52,377 nucleotides of DNA from a virus (IMGVR_UViG_3300045000_000068:1-52377); one strand, 5' to 3'. Shown: positions 1 to 10,218, numbered from the stretch's first letter. Notes: generated from the letters alone by a model not told the origin. Numbers and translations: made by a program.

Positions 1-15
1 TTTCCGGATCTTCCC
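1..15. repeat. 15-nt terminal direct repeat (copy at 52363..52377); probably circular-assembly overlap
   Basis: TTTCCGGATCTTCCC at both ends. Confidence 0.85.
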
Positions 16-114
16 GGTAGCGACGTCTCAAATGACTTGCCGCGAAGCTTGCCACCGTAGGCATGATCCACACGAGAACGTAACCATACTGTGACCTACC
101 TATATGCGGGTGGC

Positions 115-595
115 CGAGGGGCAGGGGCATGCACCACGCACGCACCACGCACCCGCCTGCACAGGCAGGCCCATGCGCAGGGCAGGGCAGGGCTATGCGC
201 CTCGCCACCCACCTACCCCTATGCGCACCCACCCCCATGGGCAGGGGCAGGGCACAGGGGTGCACAGGGGCAGGGGCACAGGGCAGGGCATGGGTACGCA
301 CACCCCCTACCTACCTACCCCCCATGCATGGGCAGGGGTGCATGGGTGCACAGGGGCATGGGTGCACAGGGGGTAGGGCACAGGGGCATGGGTGCATGGG
401 GCATGGGCAGGGGTGCACAGGGCAGGGGTGCATGGCAGGGCACAGGGCATGGGTGCACCACGGGCAGGGCAGGAGGGCACGAGCCCATGCATGCCAGCTC
501 GACGGCCTGCCCATGCGCAGGGCAGGGGTGCGCAGGCCGATGATCATGGGTGCCTGCCGGCTGATCATGGGCACAAGATCATGGGACACGCGCGT
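115..595. repeat. Low-complexity imperfect tandem repeat tract (GGGCAGGG, GGGCACAGGGG, CATGGGTGCA, CCTACC and GATCATGGG units)
   Basis: Directly visible short units; overlapping ORFs are repetitive and lack an RBS. Confidence 0.85.
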
Positions 596-821
596 ACCGT
601 GATCACTGCCATGCCCTACCCCCGCAGGGTATGCACGCTACCCCACGCTACCCCCGGGGGGTACCCCCCTGCCCCCGATCACTCGGGACCGCTGGGGAGC
701 GGTCTCGGAAGTCCGCCAGGTTCAGAAGGGGGGGTATACGTCGGCCGGGGCGCCAGCGCCGGCCTGGGTGGAGAGCTCCCTGGGTGCCCGCGTGGGACGG
801 CGCCCCACAGCGCCGGACCTG

Positions 822-839
822 TGTCAACCTGGGTTGACA
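822..839. promoter_or_regulatory. Perfect inverted repeat TGTCAACC-TG-GGTTGACA containing TTGACA on both strands
   Basis: Intergenic, upstream of the structural operon. Confidence 0.4.
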
Positions 840-851
840 GTCTCGTCGGCG

Positions 852-873
852 TACTTGCCGCCGCAGGCAAGTA
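852..873. promoter_or_regulatory. Candidate operator TACTTGCC-N6-GGCAAGTA (CTTGC-N8-GCAAG)
   Basis: Same palindrome at 30022, 30600 and 40627. Confidence 0.55.
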
Positions 874-1051
874 TCTAACTGTCGGGACCCGGGTATATAA
901 AGGTGTCTACAATCGGAGCGCCAGCGACGAACTGCGCTTGAGGCCCGTCAGGGCCTCCCGAGGGGTCGGCCCTTCGATTGCATCAGGCTCAGCCCGTCCG
1001 GTTAAGGACGGGTCTGTCTCCCCTCAGCACACCACCCCGGCAGGAGCCCGC

Positions 1052-1375
1052 ATGGTCACGCTCGGCCTCCAGCCCCTGGACGTGAACGTCGTGCTGGCGC
1101 GCGGGGCGGCGTTCGTCGCCGAGCTCGAGGTGACGAGCGGGACGTGGCCGGTGGGTACCGCGATCTCGCTGGTGTTCTCCACCTCCGACGACTCGGTCAC
1201 CCCGTCCGGCCTGACGTGGCCGGCCACCGTGGCCGGCACCACCGCCGCGTGGGATGTAGCCGCGGCCGACGTCACCGCGGTGATCGCCGCGGGCGCCCGG
1301 TACGCGCGCCTGCTCTACACCGAGGGAGCGGCCGCGCCGCTGCTGTGGGGCAAGGGGGAGGTGCGGGTTGCCTGA
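1052..1375 (+). CDS. Hypothetical virion/minor tail protein
   Basis: AGGAG RBS before ATG 1052; beta-rich; coupled to downstream genes. Confidence 0.7.
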   Translation: MVTLGLQPLDVNVVLARGAAFVAELEVTSGTWPVGTAISLVFSTSDDSVTPSGLTWPATVAGTTAAWDVAAADVTAVIAAGARYARLLYTEGAAAPLLWGKGEVRVA

Positions 1376-1724
1376 TCTGGGACTCGGGCTCGGGCCCGTC
1401 GAGATCGCACCGCCGGTCCTTCCGCTGATACGCGTTTTGCGGCCTGCGGCCGCCACCGACGTAGTGGTTCCGCTACGCGGGCCTGCCGGCGCGCAGGGCC
1501 CGCCCGGCATCGCGGGCGACGCCGTCAACCTCTCCCACCTCCACACCCAGGCGGACCCGTCGTCGGTGTGGCTGATCGTGCACGGCCTGACTTTCGTCCC
1601 CTCTGGCGTGGTGGTCACCGACCACGCGGGGGCTCGTCACCACCCCCGTGTCTCGTATCCCGACGACGTGTCCGTGCGCCTCGAGTTCGACGCCGGCGTC
1701 TACGGCACCGCCCGCCTGTCCTGA
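1368..1724 (+). CDS. Putative minor tail protein with short collagen-like GXY run
   Basis: GPAGAQGPPGIAG; overlaps the previous stop. Confidence 0.7.
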   Translation: MPDLGLGLGPVEIAPPVLPLIRVLRPAAATDVVVPLRGPAGAQGPPGIAGDAVNLSHLHTQADPSSVWLIVHGLTFVPSGVVVTDHAGARHHPRVSYPDDVSVRLEFDAGVYGTARLS

Positions 1725-1739
1725 GAGGACCCGCCCTAG

Positions 1740-2291
1740 ATGGCTACCGAGAGATTCCACGCGAAGGTCGCCGTCCAGGCAGGCACGGCCTCGGACGAGG
1801 TGCTGACCAAGTCGCAGGTCGACTCGCTGATCGCCGACGCGAAGGCGCGGGCGAACCACACCGGCACCCAGACCGTGTCGACGCTGTCCGACTTCACCAG
1901 CGCGGTGAACGCGCTCATCGCCGCCGTGATCGATGGCGCCCCCGGCGCGCTGGACACGCTGAACGAGCTCGCGGCCGCGCTGGGCGATGACCCCAACTTC
2001 GCGGCCACCACGGCCTCCACGATCGCTGCCCTGGACACCCGGCTGGACTTGCTGGAGGGCGCGTCGGCTGGCGCCGTGCACAAGGCGAACGTCGGCGACG
2101 CCGTTCTGTCCGCGTTCACCGTCACCCACGGCCTCGCGTCGACCGACCTGCACGTGCAGGTGAAGGAGGTCGCGACCGGGCAGTACGTGCACCCGGTGGT
2201 CGCCACCACCGGCACCAACACGATCTCCGTCGACTTCGGTTCGCTGGTGCCGACGTCGGCCCAGTTCCGCGTCCTGATCCGCACCGTCTGA
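1740..2291 (+). CDS. Tail fibre-like protein
   Basis: GAPGALDTLNELAAALGDDPNFA, typical phage tail-fibre motif. Confidence 0.75.
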   Translation: MATERFHAKVAVQAGTASDEVLTKSQVDSLIADAKARANHTGTQTVSTLSDFTSAVNALIAAVIDGAPGALDTLNELAAALGDDPNFAATTASTIAALDTRLDLLEGASAGAVHKANVGDAVLSAFTVTHGLASTDLHVQVKEVATGQYVHPVVATTGTNTISVDFGSLVPTSAQFRVLIRTV

Positions 2292-2298
2292 TCACCCG

Positions 2299-3792
2299 GT
2301 GGGCACCCACAAGTTCTTCACCCAGGTAGCCCAGGCGGACGTGATCGGTCTGACCGCGGCGCTCGCCGCGAAGGCGCGCGCGGTCGCTCTCGACGTCCGC
2401 GACTTCGGGGCGGTCGGCGACGGCACGGCGGACGACACCGCGGCGATCCAGGCCGCGATCAACGCGCTGCCGGTCGAGGGCGGCCGGGTCGTGTTCCCCG
2501 TCGGCCGGTTCAAGGTCACGGCCATGCTGACCGTGACGAACCACTGCACGGTCCTGGAGGGCGTCGCCCCGGCGAACGAGGAAGACGCCACCCACTGGAT
2601 CGGGGGCACCCGCCTGGAGGCGGGCGGCACGCTCAGCGGCAACCCGATGATCCGGGTGCAGGAGACCGCCAACCTCCAGCCGCTGTTCGGCTGCTCGATC
2701 CGCAACATCACGCTCGACGGCATGGGCGTGGCGACCGGGCGCGGCCTGCACTGGCGCTCTTACCGCTCGCACCTCGAGCGCGTCCACGTCTACCGGTTCG
2801 CGACCCACGGCATCCACGCCGAGGGCTACGGCGGCTGGGACCTGTATGACTCGGTGCTCGCGTACGTGCAGGTGTCGGCGTGCGGGTCGGCCGGACTGAT
2901 GCTCGACGTCGGCGCGTCGGACCTGCACCTGCTGCACTCGGTGCTGTTCAGCTGTGACGTCAACCTGCACATCAAGTCGTCTTCGCTCCAGGTGACCGGC
3001 TGCCACTTCTACGACGGCCGGAACAACATCCTGTTCGACGGGAACGGCTCGCGCTCGAAGTTCACCACGTGCAAGATCGAGGGCTCGAACCAGCACGGCG
3101 TGGTGCTCGACACCACCAACGGTGGCATGTCGGACATCCAGTTCACCGGCTGCAACTTCTCGTCGAACTCCGACACCACGACGAACACCTACGACCAACT
3201 GATCGTGCAGGGGCCGTCCGGCACCGGCTGCTCGCGCGTCCAGCTCGTCGGGTGCGCGTTCACCCACAAGTCGGGCCCGCTGCCGCGGTACCACGTCAAC
3301 CTGGGTGCGGCATCCCAGAGTGCTGTGATCGTCGGCAACAGCCTGGCCGGCACCGACCACTACGGCACGGCCGCGGTCAACGACGCGTCGAACGCCAGCT
3401 TCCCGGCGTACATCGCCGCGAACGGCGGCTACGGCCCGGAGGTGTACCGCAAGTGGAACGCCGCGCCGCGCACGCAGACCGTGTCGGCGGCCACCGCGAA
3501 CGTGGACGTCGGCTCCAACGCCGACCTCCAGGTCACGCTGAACACGGTCACCGCGACCACGCTCACCCCGACGGGCGGCGTCAACGGCCGGACGTGCGCG
3601 GTTGAGGTGTTCGCCGCCACCGGTGCCACCCGGACGCCGACGCTGGCGTCCACGGTGAAGCTGACCGACGGCGTCACCAGCCTGGCGCTGGCGATCCCCG
3701 CCTCGCGGGTGGGCGTGTTCCTGATCCGGTACAGCACGTTGGGCGCGCTCAACCAGTACGAGCTGGTGGGCTCCTACCTCCGGGGGGCGTAA
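2299..3792 (+). CDS. Tailspike / pectate-lyase-like beta-helix protein (putative depolymerase or receptor-binding protein)
   Basis: DVRDFGAVGDGTADDTAAIQAAI motif followed by beta-helix-like repeats. Confidence 0.8.
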   Translation: MGTHKFFTQVAQADVIGLTAALAAKARAVALDVRDFGAVGDGTADDTAAIQAAINALPVEGGRVVFPVGRFKVTAMLTVTNHCTVLEGVAPANEEDATHWIGGTRLEAGGTLSGNPMIRVQETANLQPLFGCSIRNITLDGMGVATGRGLHWRSYRSHLERVHVYRFATHGIHAEGYGGWDLYDSVLAYVQVSACGSAGLMLDVGASDLHLLHSVLFSCDVNLHIKSSSLQVTGCHFYDGRNNILFDGNGSRSKFTTCKIEGSNQHGVVLDTTNGGMSDIQFTGCNFSSNSDTTTNTYDQLIVQGPSGTGCSRVQLVGCAFTHKSGPLPRYHVNLGAASQSAVIVGNSLAGTDHYGTAAVNDASNASFPAYIAANGGYGPEVYRKWNAAPRTQTVSAATANVDVGSNADLQVTLNTVTATTLTPTGGVNGRTCAVEVFAATGATRTPTLASTVKLTDGVTSLALAIPASRVGVFLIRYSTLGALNQYELVGSYLRGA

Positions 3793-4475
3793 TGCCCATC
3801 GCACGCATCGGCGGACAGGGACTGTTCGCAGGTTCCGCGACGCAGGCAACGCTTGCACAGCCGGGAACGGCGCTGGCGGTCGGCGACTTCCGCGTGCTGA
3901 CTCTGTTCAGGTCGCTCGCGTCGGGCACCATCACCCCCCCGGCCGGGGGCACGTGGACCCAGATTCTTGCGCCGACCGCCATTCAGAGTGGGGTTCTCGG
4001 CGTCTGGTATCGCTTCCACCAGGCCGCTGATGCGTCTTTCCTTTGGGACTGGACGTCCACCGGGGGACAGAACGTAGTCGGGCGCTGCACGAACCTTTCC
4101 GGCGTTGACCCGGCAGTCCCGGTCGACTCGGCCGCGGTGACCGGCAACAGCGCAGCCACCACGGCATGGGCGAACGTTCCGAGCGTCGTCACCGCGAATC
4201 CCGACGCCTGGGCTTTCTGGTGGATCGTCCGCGGGACCGGCAACACGGCAGTGGCGCCGACCCTCGGCGCCGGCGGCTGGACCGCCGAGGGCGTGATGAA
4301 CTCCCAGGCTTCCGGGTACGCCGGACTGGGCGCGTACGAAGCGCGCCCGACACCGGGAGCGACGGGCGTGCGCACGGTGAACTCCACGACCTCCCAGGCT
4401 TGGCGCGCCGTGGCGTTCTCGATCAACCCCGTCCCCAGCCCTAGCGGCACCGGCCGCCGACTGATCATGGCGTGA
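3792..4475 (+). CDS. Hypothetical virion protein
   Basis: TAATG overlap; Thr/Ala/Gly/Trp-rich. Confidence 0.65.
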   Translation: MPIARIGGQGLFAGSATQATLAQPGTALAVGDFRVLTLFRSLASGTITPPAGGTWTQILAPTAIQSGVLGVWYRFHQAADASFLWDWTSTGGQNVVGRCTNLSGVDPAVPVDSAAVTGNSAATTAWANVPSVVTANPDAWAFWWIVRGTGNTAVAPTLGAGGWTAEGVMNSQASGYAGLGAYEARPTPGATGVRTVNSTTSQAWRAVAFSINPVPSPSGTGRRLIMA

Positions 4476-4479
4476 CGCC

Positions 4480-4827
4480 GTGCCCACCCGGTACACGGTC
4501 TGCTCCAGACCTGGCTGCCCCGAGCTGAGCTCCCAGGGTGGCCGGTGTGACGGCTGCCGGACCGCGGCCGAGCGCGACCGCGGCTCGGCAGCCCAGCGCG
4601 GCTACGACCACCGGTGGCGCCGCACCCGCGATGCCTACCTGGACGCGCACCCGTTCTGCGTCGACGACGGCTGCCTGACGATCGCTACCGACGTCGACCA
4701 CATCGACGGCAAGGGCCCGCACGGGCCCCGCGGTCACGACTGGTCGAACCTCCGCTCGCTGTGCCACTCGCACCACTCGAAGCGCACCGCTCGAGACCAG
4801 CCGGGCGGATGGCACGCGGGCATCTGA
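4480..4827 (+). CDS. HNH endonuclease (terminase-associated)
   Basis: RGYDHRW, VDHID...NLRSLCHSHHSKRT; lies before terminase. Confidence 0.85.
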   Translation: MPTRYTVCSRPGCPELSSQGGRCDGCRTAAERDRGSAAQRGYDHRWRRTRDAYLDAHPFCVDDGCLTIATDVDHIDGKGPHGPRGHDWSNLRSLCHSHHSKRTARDQPGGWHAGI

Positions 4828-4831
4828 TCAA

Positions 4832-4902
4832 TCCCCGTTCGTCCAATGGCAGGACTCCTGGTTCTGGACCAGGCAATCGAGGTTCGACCCCTTGACGAGG
4901 AG
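4832..4902 (+). tRNA. tRNA-Gln (anticodon CTG), no encoded CCA
   Basis: Acceptor TCCCCGT/ACGAGGA (one C-A mismatch), D arm GTCC/GGAC, anticodon arm CCTGG-TTCTGGA-CCAGG, T arm CGAGG-TTCGACC-CCTTG. Confidence 0.9.
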
Positions 4903-4965
4903 CTCTCCCGGCGCCGCGCAACGCGGCCCCGTCTCCTGACCCGCGCAACGCGGAGAGGTGATCAC

Positions 4966-5421
4966 ATGGTTAGCGGTGGCGCACGTACCCGCTCCGGCCC
5001 TCCGCCGGACCCGAACGCTCTCCGGCGCAACCGCGAGGGCGAGTGGCTTTCGCTCCCGGCCGCCGGCCGTGTCGGCGACGAGCCCCGCTGGCCTCTCCAG
5101 CCCGCGATGACCCCCCGCGAGAACTACATCTGGCGGGAGATGTGGACCAAGCCGCAGGCCGTGGTCTGGGAGCAGAACGGCCTGCACTACGAGGTCGGGC
5201 TCCTGGTCCGGAAGCTGACCGAGGCGGAGCAGGTCGGCGCGAGCGCCGGGCTGTCGACGCTGGTCCGCCAGATGATGGACTCGCTCGGACTCACGGTCCC
5301 CGGTATGCGCGCCAACCGCTGGAAGATCGACGCGGCCGACGAGGCGCCGGACCGGGCCCCGATCTCGCGCGCTGGCTCCGCGCGCGGGCGACTCCGCGTC
5401 GTCCCGCCACCCAGTGAGTAG
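4966..5421 (+). CDS. terS: Terminase small subunit
   Basis: SGGARTRSGPPPDPNALRR N-terminus; GAGGTG RBS; position. Confidence 0.8.
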   Translation: MVSGGARTRSGPPPDPNALRRNREGEWLSLPAAGRVGDEPRWPLQPAMTPRENYIWREMWTKPQAVVWEQNGLHYEVGLLVRKLTEAEQVGASAGLSTLVRQMMDSLGLTVPGMRANRWKIDAADEAPDRAPISRAGSARGRLRVVPPPSE

Positions 5422-7018
5422 TGACGAATACCTCGTCGACTTCCCCACGCTCTGGATCGTCCCGGAGTGGATCGAGCGGCACTGCGTCATCCCCGACGGC
5501 TTCCATATGGGCGAGCCATGGGTGATGTACGACTGGCAGCTCTGGTGCACGGTCAACCACTACCGCATCAAGCCCACGGCCACGCTCGGCCAGCTCGCGC
5601 CGGCGTTCTACTACCGGCGCAGCCTGGTGATCGCGCCGCAGAAGACCGGCAAGGGCCCGTGGTCGGCGACGATCGTGCTGGGCGAGGCCGCCGGGCCGAC
5701 GGTGTTCAACGGGTGGGCGAAGGGCGGCGAGGTCTACGCCTGCTCCGACTGGGGCTGCGGCTGCGGCTGGTGGTACGAGTACGAGGCCGGCGAGCCGATG
5801 GGGCGACCCTGGCCGACGCCCTTGATCCAGTTGACTGCCTCGAGCGTCGACCAGGTGGACAACGTCTACCGGCCGCTCCAGTCGATGGTCAAGAACGGGC
5901 CGTTGGCCGATCAGATGAAGGTCGGCGAGGAGTTCACGCGGATCGGCCAGCTCGGCCGGATCGACGTGGTCACCAGCTCGGCGCTGTCCCGCCTCGGTAA
6001 CCCGATCACCGCGGCGTTGCAAGACGAGAGCGGCACGTACACCGACAACAACAAGATGCGCAGGGTCGCCGAGACCCAGCGCCGCGGCGCCGCTGGCATG
6101 GGCGGCCGGTCGATGGAGACCACCAACCCCCCGGACCCGTCCGAGGACTCGGTAGCTCAGCGCACGCTCGAGTCCCGGCGCCCGGACATCTTCAAGTTCT
6201 GGCGCGAGCCCCCGGCGCACCTGTCGTGGCGGAACAAGGCGGAGCGCCGCAAGATCCTGGTCTACGTCTACCGCGGCTCCACGCACGTCGACCTGGACGG
6301 GATCGAGGCCGAGGCGGCCGAGATCGGCGAGAAGGACCCGGCGCAGGCCGAACGGTTCTTCGGCAACCGCATGGTCTACGGCGCGGGCTCGTGGTGCGAG
6401 GGCGACAAGTGGGACGCCAAGGCGGCGCCCCGCGAGGTCCCGCAGGGCACAGAGGTCGTCGTCGGTTTCGACGGCTCGGACGTGGACGACTTCACCGCGA
6501 TCCGGTGCGAGACCCGCGAGGGCTACCAGTTCACGCCGACCTTCGCGGACGGCAAGCCGATGATCTGGAGCCCGTCCGAGCACAACGGCCAGGTGCCTCG
6601 GCTCGAGGTCGCGGCCGGCCTGGACCGCGTCATGCAGATCTATCGAGTGGTCCGGATGTACGGCGACCCGCCGTACTGGGAGACCGAGCTCGACGCGTGG
6701 GCCGAGAAGTACGGCGACAAGACCGTGCTCCGCTGGGCCACGTACCGGCCGGTGCAGATGCACGCCGCGGCCGAGCGGCTGCTCACCGACATTCACAAGG
6801 TCGACTCGGAGTTCACCCACGACGGGTGCCCGATCACCGCGACCCACGTCCGCAACGCGCGCAAGGCGCCGCGGCCGTCGGAGCGCTACGTGCTCAACAA
6901 GCCGTCCCAGGCTCAGAAGATCGACGCCTGTGTGACCTCGGTGATCTGCCACGAGGCGGCGGGGGACGCGACCGCTGCCGGTCTTTGGACAACGACATTC
7001 GCCGTCTACATGGCGTGA
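5414..7018 (+). CDS. terL: Terminase large subunit
   Basis: Walker A-like APQKTGKG, Walker B QDE, nuclease GFDGS and KIDA. Confidence 0.92.
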   Translation: MSSDEYLVDFPTLWIVPEWIERHCVIPDGFHMGEPWVMYDWQLWCTVNHYRIKPTATLGQLAPAFYYRRSLVIAPQKTGKGPWSATIVLGEAAGPTVFNGWAKGGEVYACSDWGCGCGWWYEYEAGEPMGRPWPTPLIQLTASSVDQVDNVYRPLQSMVKNGPLADQMKVGEEFTRIGQLGRIDVVTSSALSRLGNPITAALQDESGTYTDNNKMRRVAETQRRGAAGMGGRSMETTNPPDPSEDSVAQRTLESRRPDIFKFWREPPAHLSWRNKAERRKILVYVYRGSTHVDLDGIEAEAAEIGEKDPAQAERFFGNRMVYGAGSWCEGDKWDAKAAPREVPQGTEVVVGFDGSDVDDFTAIRCETREGYQFTPTFADGKPMIWSPSEHNGQVPRLEVAAGLDRVMQIYRVVRMYGDPPYWETELDAWAEKYGDKTVLRWATYRPVQMHAAAERLLTDIHKVDSEFTHDGCPITATHVRNARKAPRPSERYVLNKPSQAQKIDACVTSVICHEAAGDATAAGLWTTTFAVYMA

Positions 7019-7030
7019 GGAGACTTCCTA

Positions 7031-8551
7031 GTGACGCCTGTCGACGACGCGGTGGCCGAAGTGGCACTGCTGGAGAAGGCGCTCAGCGGCCGCCGAGCGG
7101 ACATCCAGACGCATAACGACTACTACGACGGCCGGCAGCCGTTGCAGTTCGCTTCCGAGCAGTACCGCCAGTGGTTCGGGGACCAGTACCAGGGCTTCGC
7201 TGACAACTGGTGCGCCCCGGTGGTCGACGCGATGGCCGAGCGGCTGCGCGTGACCGGCGTCCGGCCGCGCGGGGAGCGCAAGGTCGACGAGGAGCTCCGC
7301 CGGTGGTGGGAGGAGTCGGGGGCCGCAGCAGACAGCCCCCTGGCGTTCACCACCGCGGCCACCGCCCGGCGCGCGTTCGCGCTGGTCTGGTCGTCCGACG
7401 ACGAGGGCACGCCCGAGGTCACCTTCGAAGACCCGTCGCAGGCGATCGTGCGGTACGAGGCTGGCTCCCGCCGGAAGCGGCGGTCCGCGCTCAAGCGCTG
7501 GTCTGACGACGAGCACGACTACGCGACGCTGTACCTGCCCGAGTTCGTCTGGAAGTTCCGGCGCCGCATCGGCGGCGCCTCCGGCTCGAGCGGGCTGGTG
7601 CTGCCGGCGACGGTCCGGGAGCACTCGGCAACGACCGGCTGGGAGCCGCGGCCGCCCGCGGACACCGGCGACGACACCTGGCCGATCCCGAACCCGCTCG
7701 GGGTCGTCCCGATGGTCGAGCTCCAGAACCGGGCGAAGCTGCTCGGCGAGCCGCTCTCCGAGATCACCGGTGTGATCGCCATGCAGGATGCGATCAACGC
7801 GTTCTGGAGCTACCTGTTCACCGCGGCCGACTTCGCTGCGCTGCCGCAGCGCGTGATCCTCGGAGCGCAGCTCCCGAAGATTCCGATCCTGAACGAGCAG
7901 GGCCAGAAGATCGGCGAGAAGCCGATCGACCTGCCCGAGGCGAATATCAAGCGCATCCTCAACCTGGAGGGGCCGGACGCCAAGATCGGCCAGTGGGACG
8001 CGGCGAACCTCGAGATGTTCCTCAAGGTCGTCGAGCGCGGCGCCAACCACATCGGCAACCAGTCCCGCACGCCGTTGTATTATTTCGCCAGCTCGATCCA
8101 GAACATCTCGGGCGACACGCTCAAGGCGCTCGAGACCGGGCTGATCTCGAAGTGCGGCGAGCGGCAGACCGGCCACTCCGAGCCGGTCCGTGAGATCCAC
8201 GTCCTGATGGCGCTCGTCGCCGGCAACGTGGCGAAGGCCAAGGCCGTCCGCGGCGGCCGGGTGCTCTGGGCCGACCACGAGTCCCGCTCCGAGGCGCAGA
8301 AGGTCGACGCGCTCGCGAAGCTCAAGGACATCGGCTTCCCGTTCGAGTACATCGCGGAGCAGTACGTCGGCGGCGACGCCGACGAGCTCGAGCGACTGAT
8401 GACGATGTACAAGGCCCAGGTCCGGGAGGACCCGCTGATGCTGCTCGCGCAGCGCGAGCGGGAGCAGGACCGGGACGCGAAGGCCGACAGCGGCGCCGGG
8501 AGCTCGGGTGACAAGCCCGAGCCGAAGGCCAAGCAGGGGTCCGCGGAGTGA
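7031..8551 (+). CDS. Portal protein (SPP1 gp6-like)
   Basis: YYDGRQPL, NWCAPVVD, NPLGVVPMVEL; position after terL. Confidence 0.9.
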   Translation: MTPVDDAVAEVALLEKALSGRRADIQTHNDYYDGRQPLQFASEQYRQWFGDQYQGFADNWCAPVVDAMAERLRVTGVRPRGERKVDEELRRWWEESGAAADSPLAFTTAATARRAFALVWSSDDEGTPEVTFEDPSQAIVRYEAGSRRKRRSALKRWSDDEHDYATLYLPEFVWKFRRRIGGASGSSGLVLPATVREHSATTGWEPRPPADTGDDTWPIPNPLGVVPMVELQNRAKLLGEPLSEITGVIAMQDAINAFWSYLFTAADFAALPQRVILGAQLPKIPILNEQGQKIGEKPIDLPEANIKRILNLEGPDAKIGQWDAANLEMFLKVVERGANHIGNQSRTPLYYFASSIQNISGDTLKALETGLISKCGERQTGHSEPVREIHVLMALVAGNVAKAKAVRGGRVLWADHESRSEAQKVDALAKLKDIGFPFEYIAEQYVGGDADELERLMTMYKAQVREDPLMLLAQREREQDRDAKADSGAGSSGDKPEPKAKQGSAE

Positions 8552-9498
8552 CCGTCGAGGCCGTGGCCCGTCGGCACTACACGCTGATGCAGCGGATCAA
8601 GGCCGCGGCCGTGGCCGTCGCCCGGCGCGAGTGGCGGAAGCTGCCGCGCGGGGGCTACTACGAGGTTCAGCGGGCGTACGCGCAGTCGGTCGGGCCGCAG
8701 GTGCTGGCCACCGTGGTGCTCGCGCAGCTCGCGGCAGCCGACCAGGCTGACGGCTACGTGGGCGAGATCCTGGCCCAGCAGCTCGGACCAAACCGTGAGG
8801 CCCCCCGGGAGGGCCGGATCAATCCCGACGCGTTCGCGGGCACCGCGGCCGACGGGCGGCCGCTCGATTCACTGCTCTGGCTGCCGGCGGCGCGCACCCT
8901 GAGCGCGCTACGGCGCGGCGACAGCGTGGCACGGGCGCTGGACATCGGCGAGACCGCACTGTCCCAGATCGTGGCGACCGAGACCGCCGACGCGGGCCGC
9001 ACCGCCGACGGTGTGGCGGTCACCGCCCGGCGGCAGCTCACCGGCTACGTGCGGATGCTCACCCCGCCGTCGTGCCCGCGGTGCGTGATTCTGGCCGGCC
9101 GGTTCTACCGGTGGAACGCGGGCTTCGAACGCCACCCGCTGTGCGACTGCATCCACGTCCCGGCGGCCGAAGACACGCTCGACGACATCCGGACCAACCC
9201 GCGAGACGCGGTGCTGCTCGGCCAGGTCGAGGGTCTGTCGAAAGCCGACGAGCGGGCGATCCACGACGGCGCCGACGTCAGCCAGGTGATCAACGCGCAC
9301 CGCGGGATGTACACCGCGGACGGCCGGAAGTTCACCCGCGAGGGCACCACCAAGCGCGGATACGCAGCCGCTCGATTCCGGGGCCAGACCGGCCGCCGAA
9401 TTCGGCAGAGGCTGCGCCCCGAACAGATCTATCGCGAGGCGAACGGGAATCGCGACGAGGCCCTTCGCCTGCTCGAACTGCACGGCTACCTGCTCTGA
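8548..9498 (+). CDS. Head morphogenesis / capsid maturation protein (MuF-like)
   Basis: CPRCVILAG...RHPLCDC motif; between portal and scaffold. Confidence 0.75.
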   Translation: MTVEAVARRHYTLMQRIKAAAVAVARREWRKLPRGGYYEVQRAYAQSVGPQVLATVVLAQLAAADQADGYVGEILAQQLGPNREAPREGRINPDAFAGTAADGRPLDSLLWLPAARTLSALRRGDSVARALDIGETALSQIVATETADAGRTADGVAVTARRQLTGYVRMLTPPSCPRCVILAGRFYRWNAGFERHPLCDCIHVPAAEDTLDDIRTNPRDAVLLGQVEGLSKADERAIHDGADVSQVINAHRGMYTADGRKFTREGTTKRGYAAARFRGQTGRRIRQRLRPEQIYREANGNRDEALRLLELHGYLL

Positions 9499-9555
9499 AT
9501 GGCGGCGCCGCAACGGCCCGCCTGAATCGCCACCCGCAATGGGAGGAACACCCGC

Positions 9556-10206
9556 ATGACCGCGCCCGTTCTGCCTGACCCGAACAAGCCCGCCGGCGCC
9601 CCCGAGGGCAAGCCGGACCCCACGCCGAAGGGCGAGGAGAACAAGGGCGAGGAGGGCGACCCGCCCGGTGCCGAGCACCTCGGTGATCCCGGGAAGAAGG
9701 CGCTCGACACGATGAAGGAAGAGCGCCGGCTCGCCCGCGAAGAGGCCGCCAAGTACAAGGCCCAGGCCGAGGCGCTCCAGGCGGAGAGGGACGGCAAGCA
9801 GGCCGAGCACCAGGCCGAGCTGGCGAAGCGCGAGACCGAGCAGGCCGCGCTGGGCAAGGCGAACGAACGCATCTTGAAGGCGGAACTCCGCGCGGCGTCG
9901 GCCGGCAAGCTGGCCGACCCGAAGGACGCACTCCTCTTTCTCGACATCACGAAGTTCGAGGTCGGAACGGACGGCGAAGTCGACTCCGACGCGATCGCTT
10001 CGGCGATCGACGACCTCGTCAAGAACAAGCCCTACCTCGCCGCGCAAGGCGAAAAGAGGTTCCAGGGCGGTGCAGACGGAGGGGCTCGCAACGGGTCCGA
10101 GAAGTCGATCGACGATCAGATCATCGAGGCCCAGAAGGCCGGAAACCTCCAGCTCACGATCGCGCTCAAGCAGCGGCGGTCGGCCGAGCTCGCAGCCAAG
10201 AAATAA
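9556..10206 (+). CDS. Scaffolding protein
   Basis: Charged coiled coil, LGDPGKKAL, KPYLAA; GGAGG RBS. Confidence 0.85.
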   Translation: MTAPVLPDPNKPAGAPEGKPDPTPKGEENKGEEGDPPGAEHLGDPGKKALDTMKEERRLAREEAAKYKAQAEALQAERDGKQAEHQAELAKRETEQAALGKANERILKAELRAASAGKLADPKDALLFLDITKFEVGTDGEVDSDAIASAIDDLVKNKPYLAAQGEKRFQGGADGGARNGSEKSIDDQIIEAQKAGNLQLTIALKQRRSAELAAKK

Positions 10207-10218
10207 GGAGCCCCCCGT

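Noticed and set aside
91-1051. ORFs over the repeat tract and the long 5' extension of ORF 392..1375
   Set aside because: Repeat-derived low-complexity translations; the RBS supports ATG 1052
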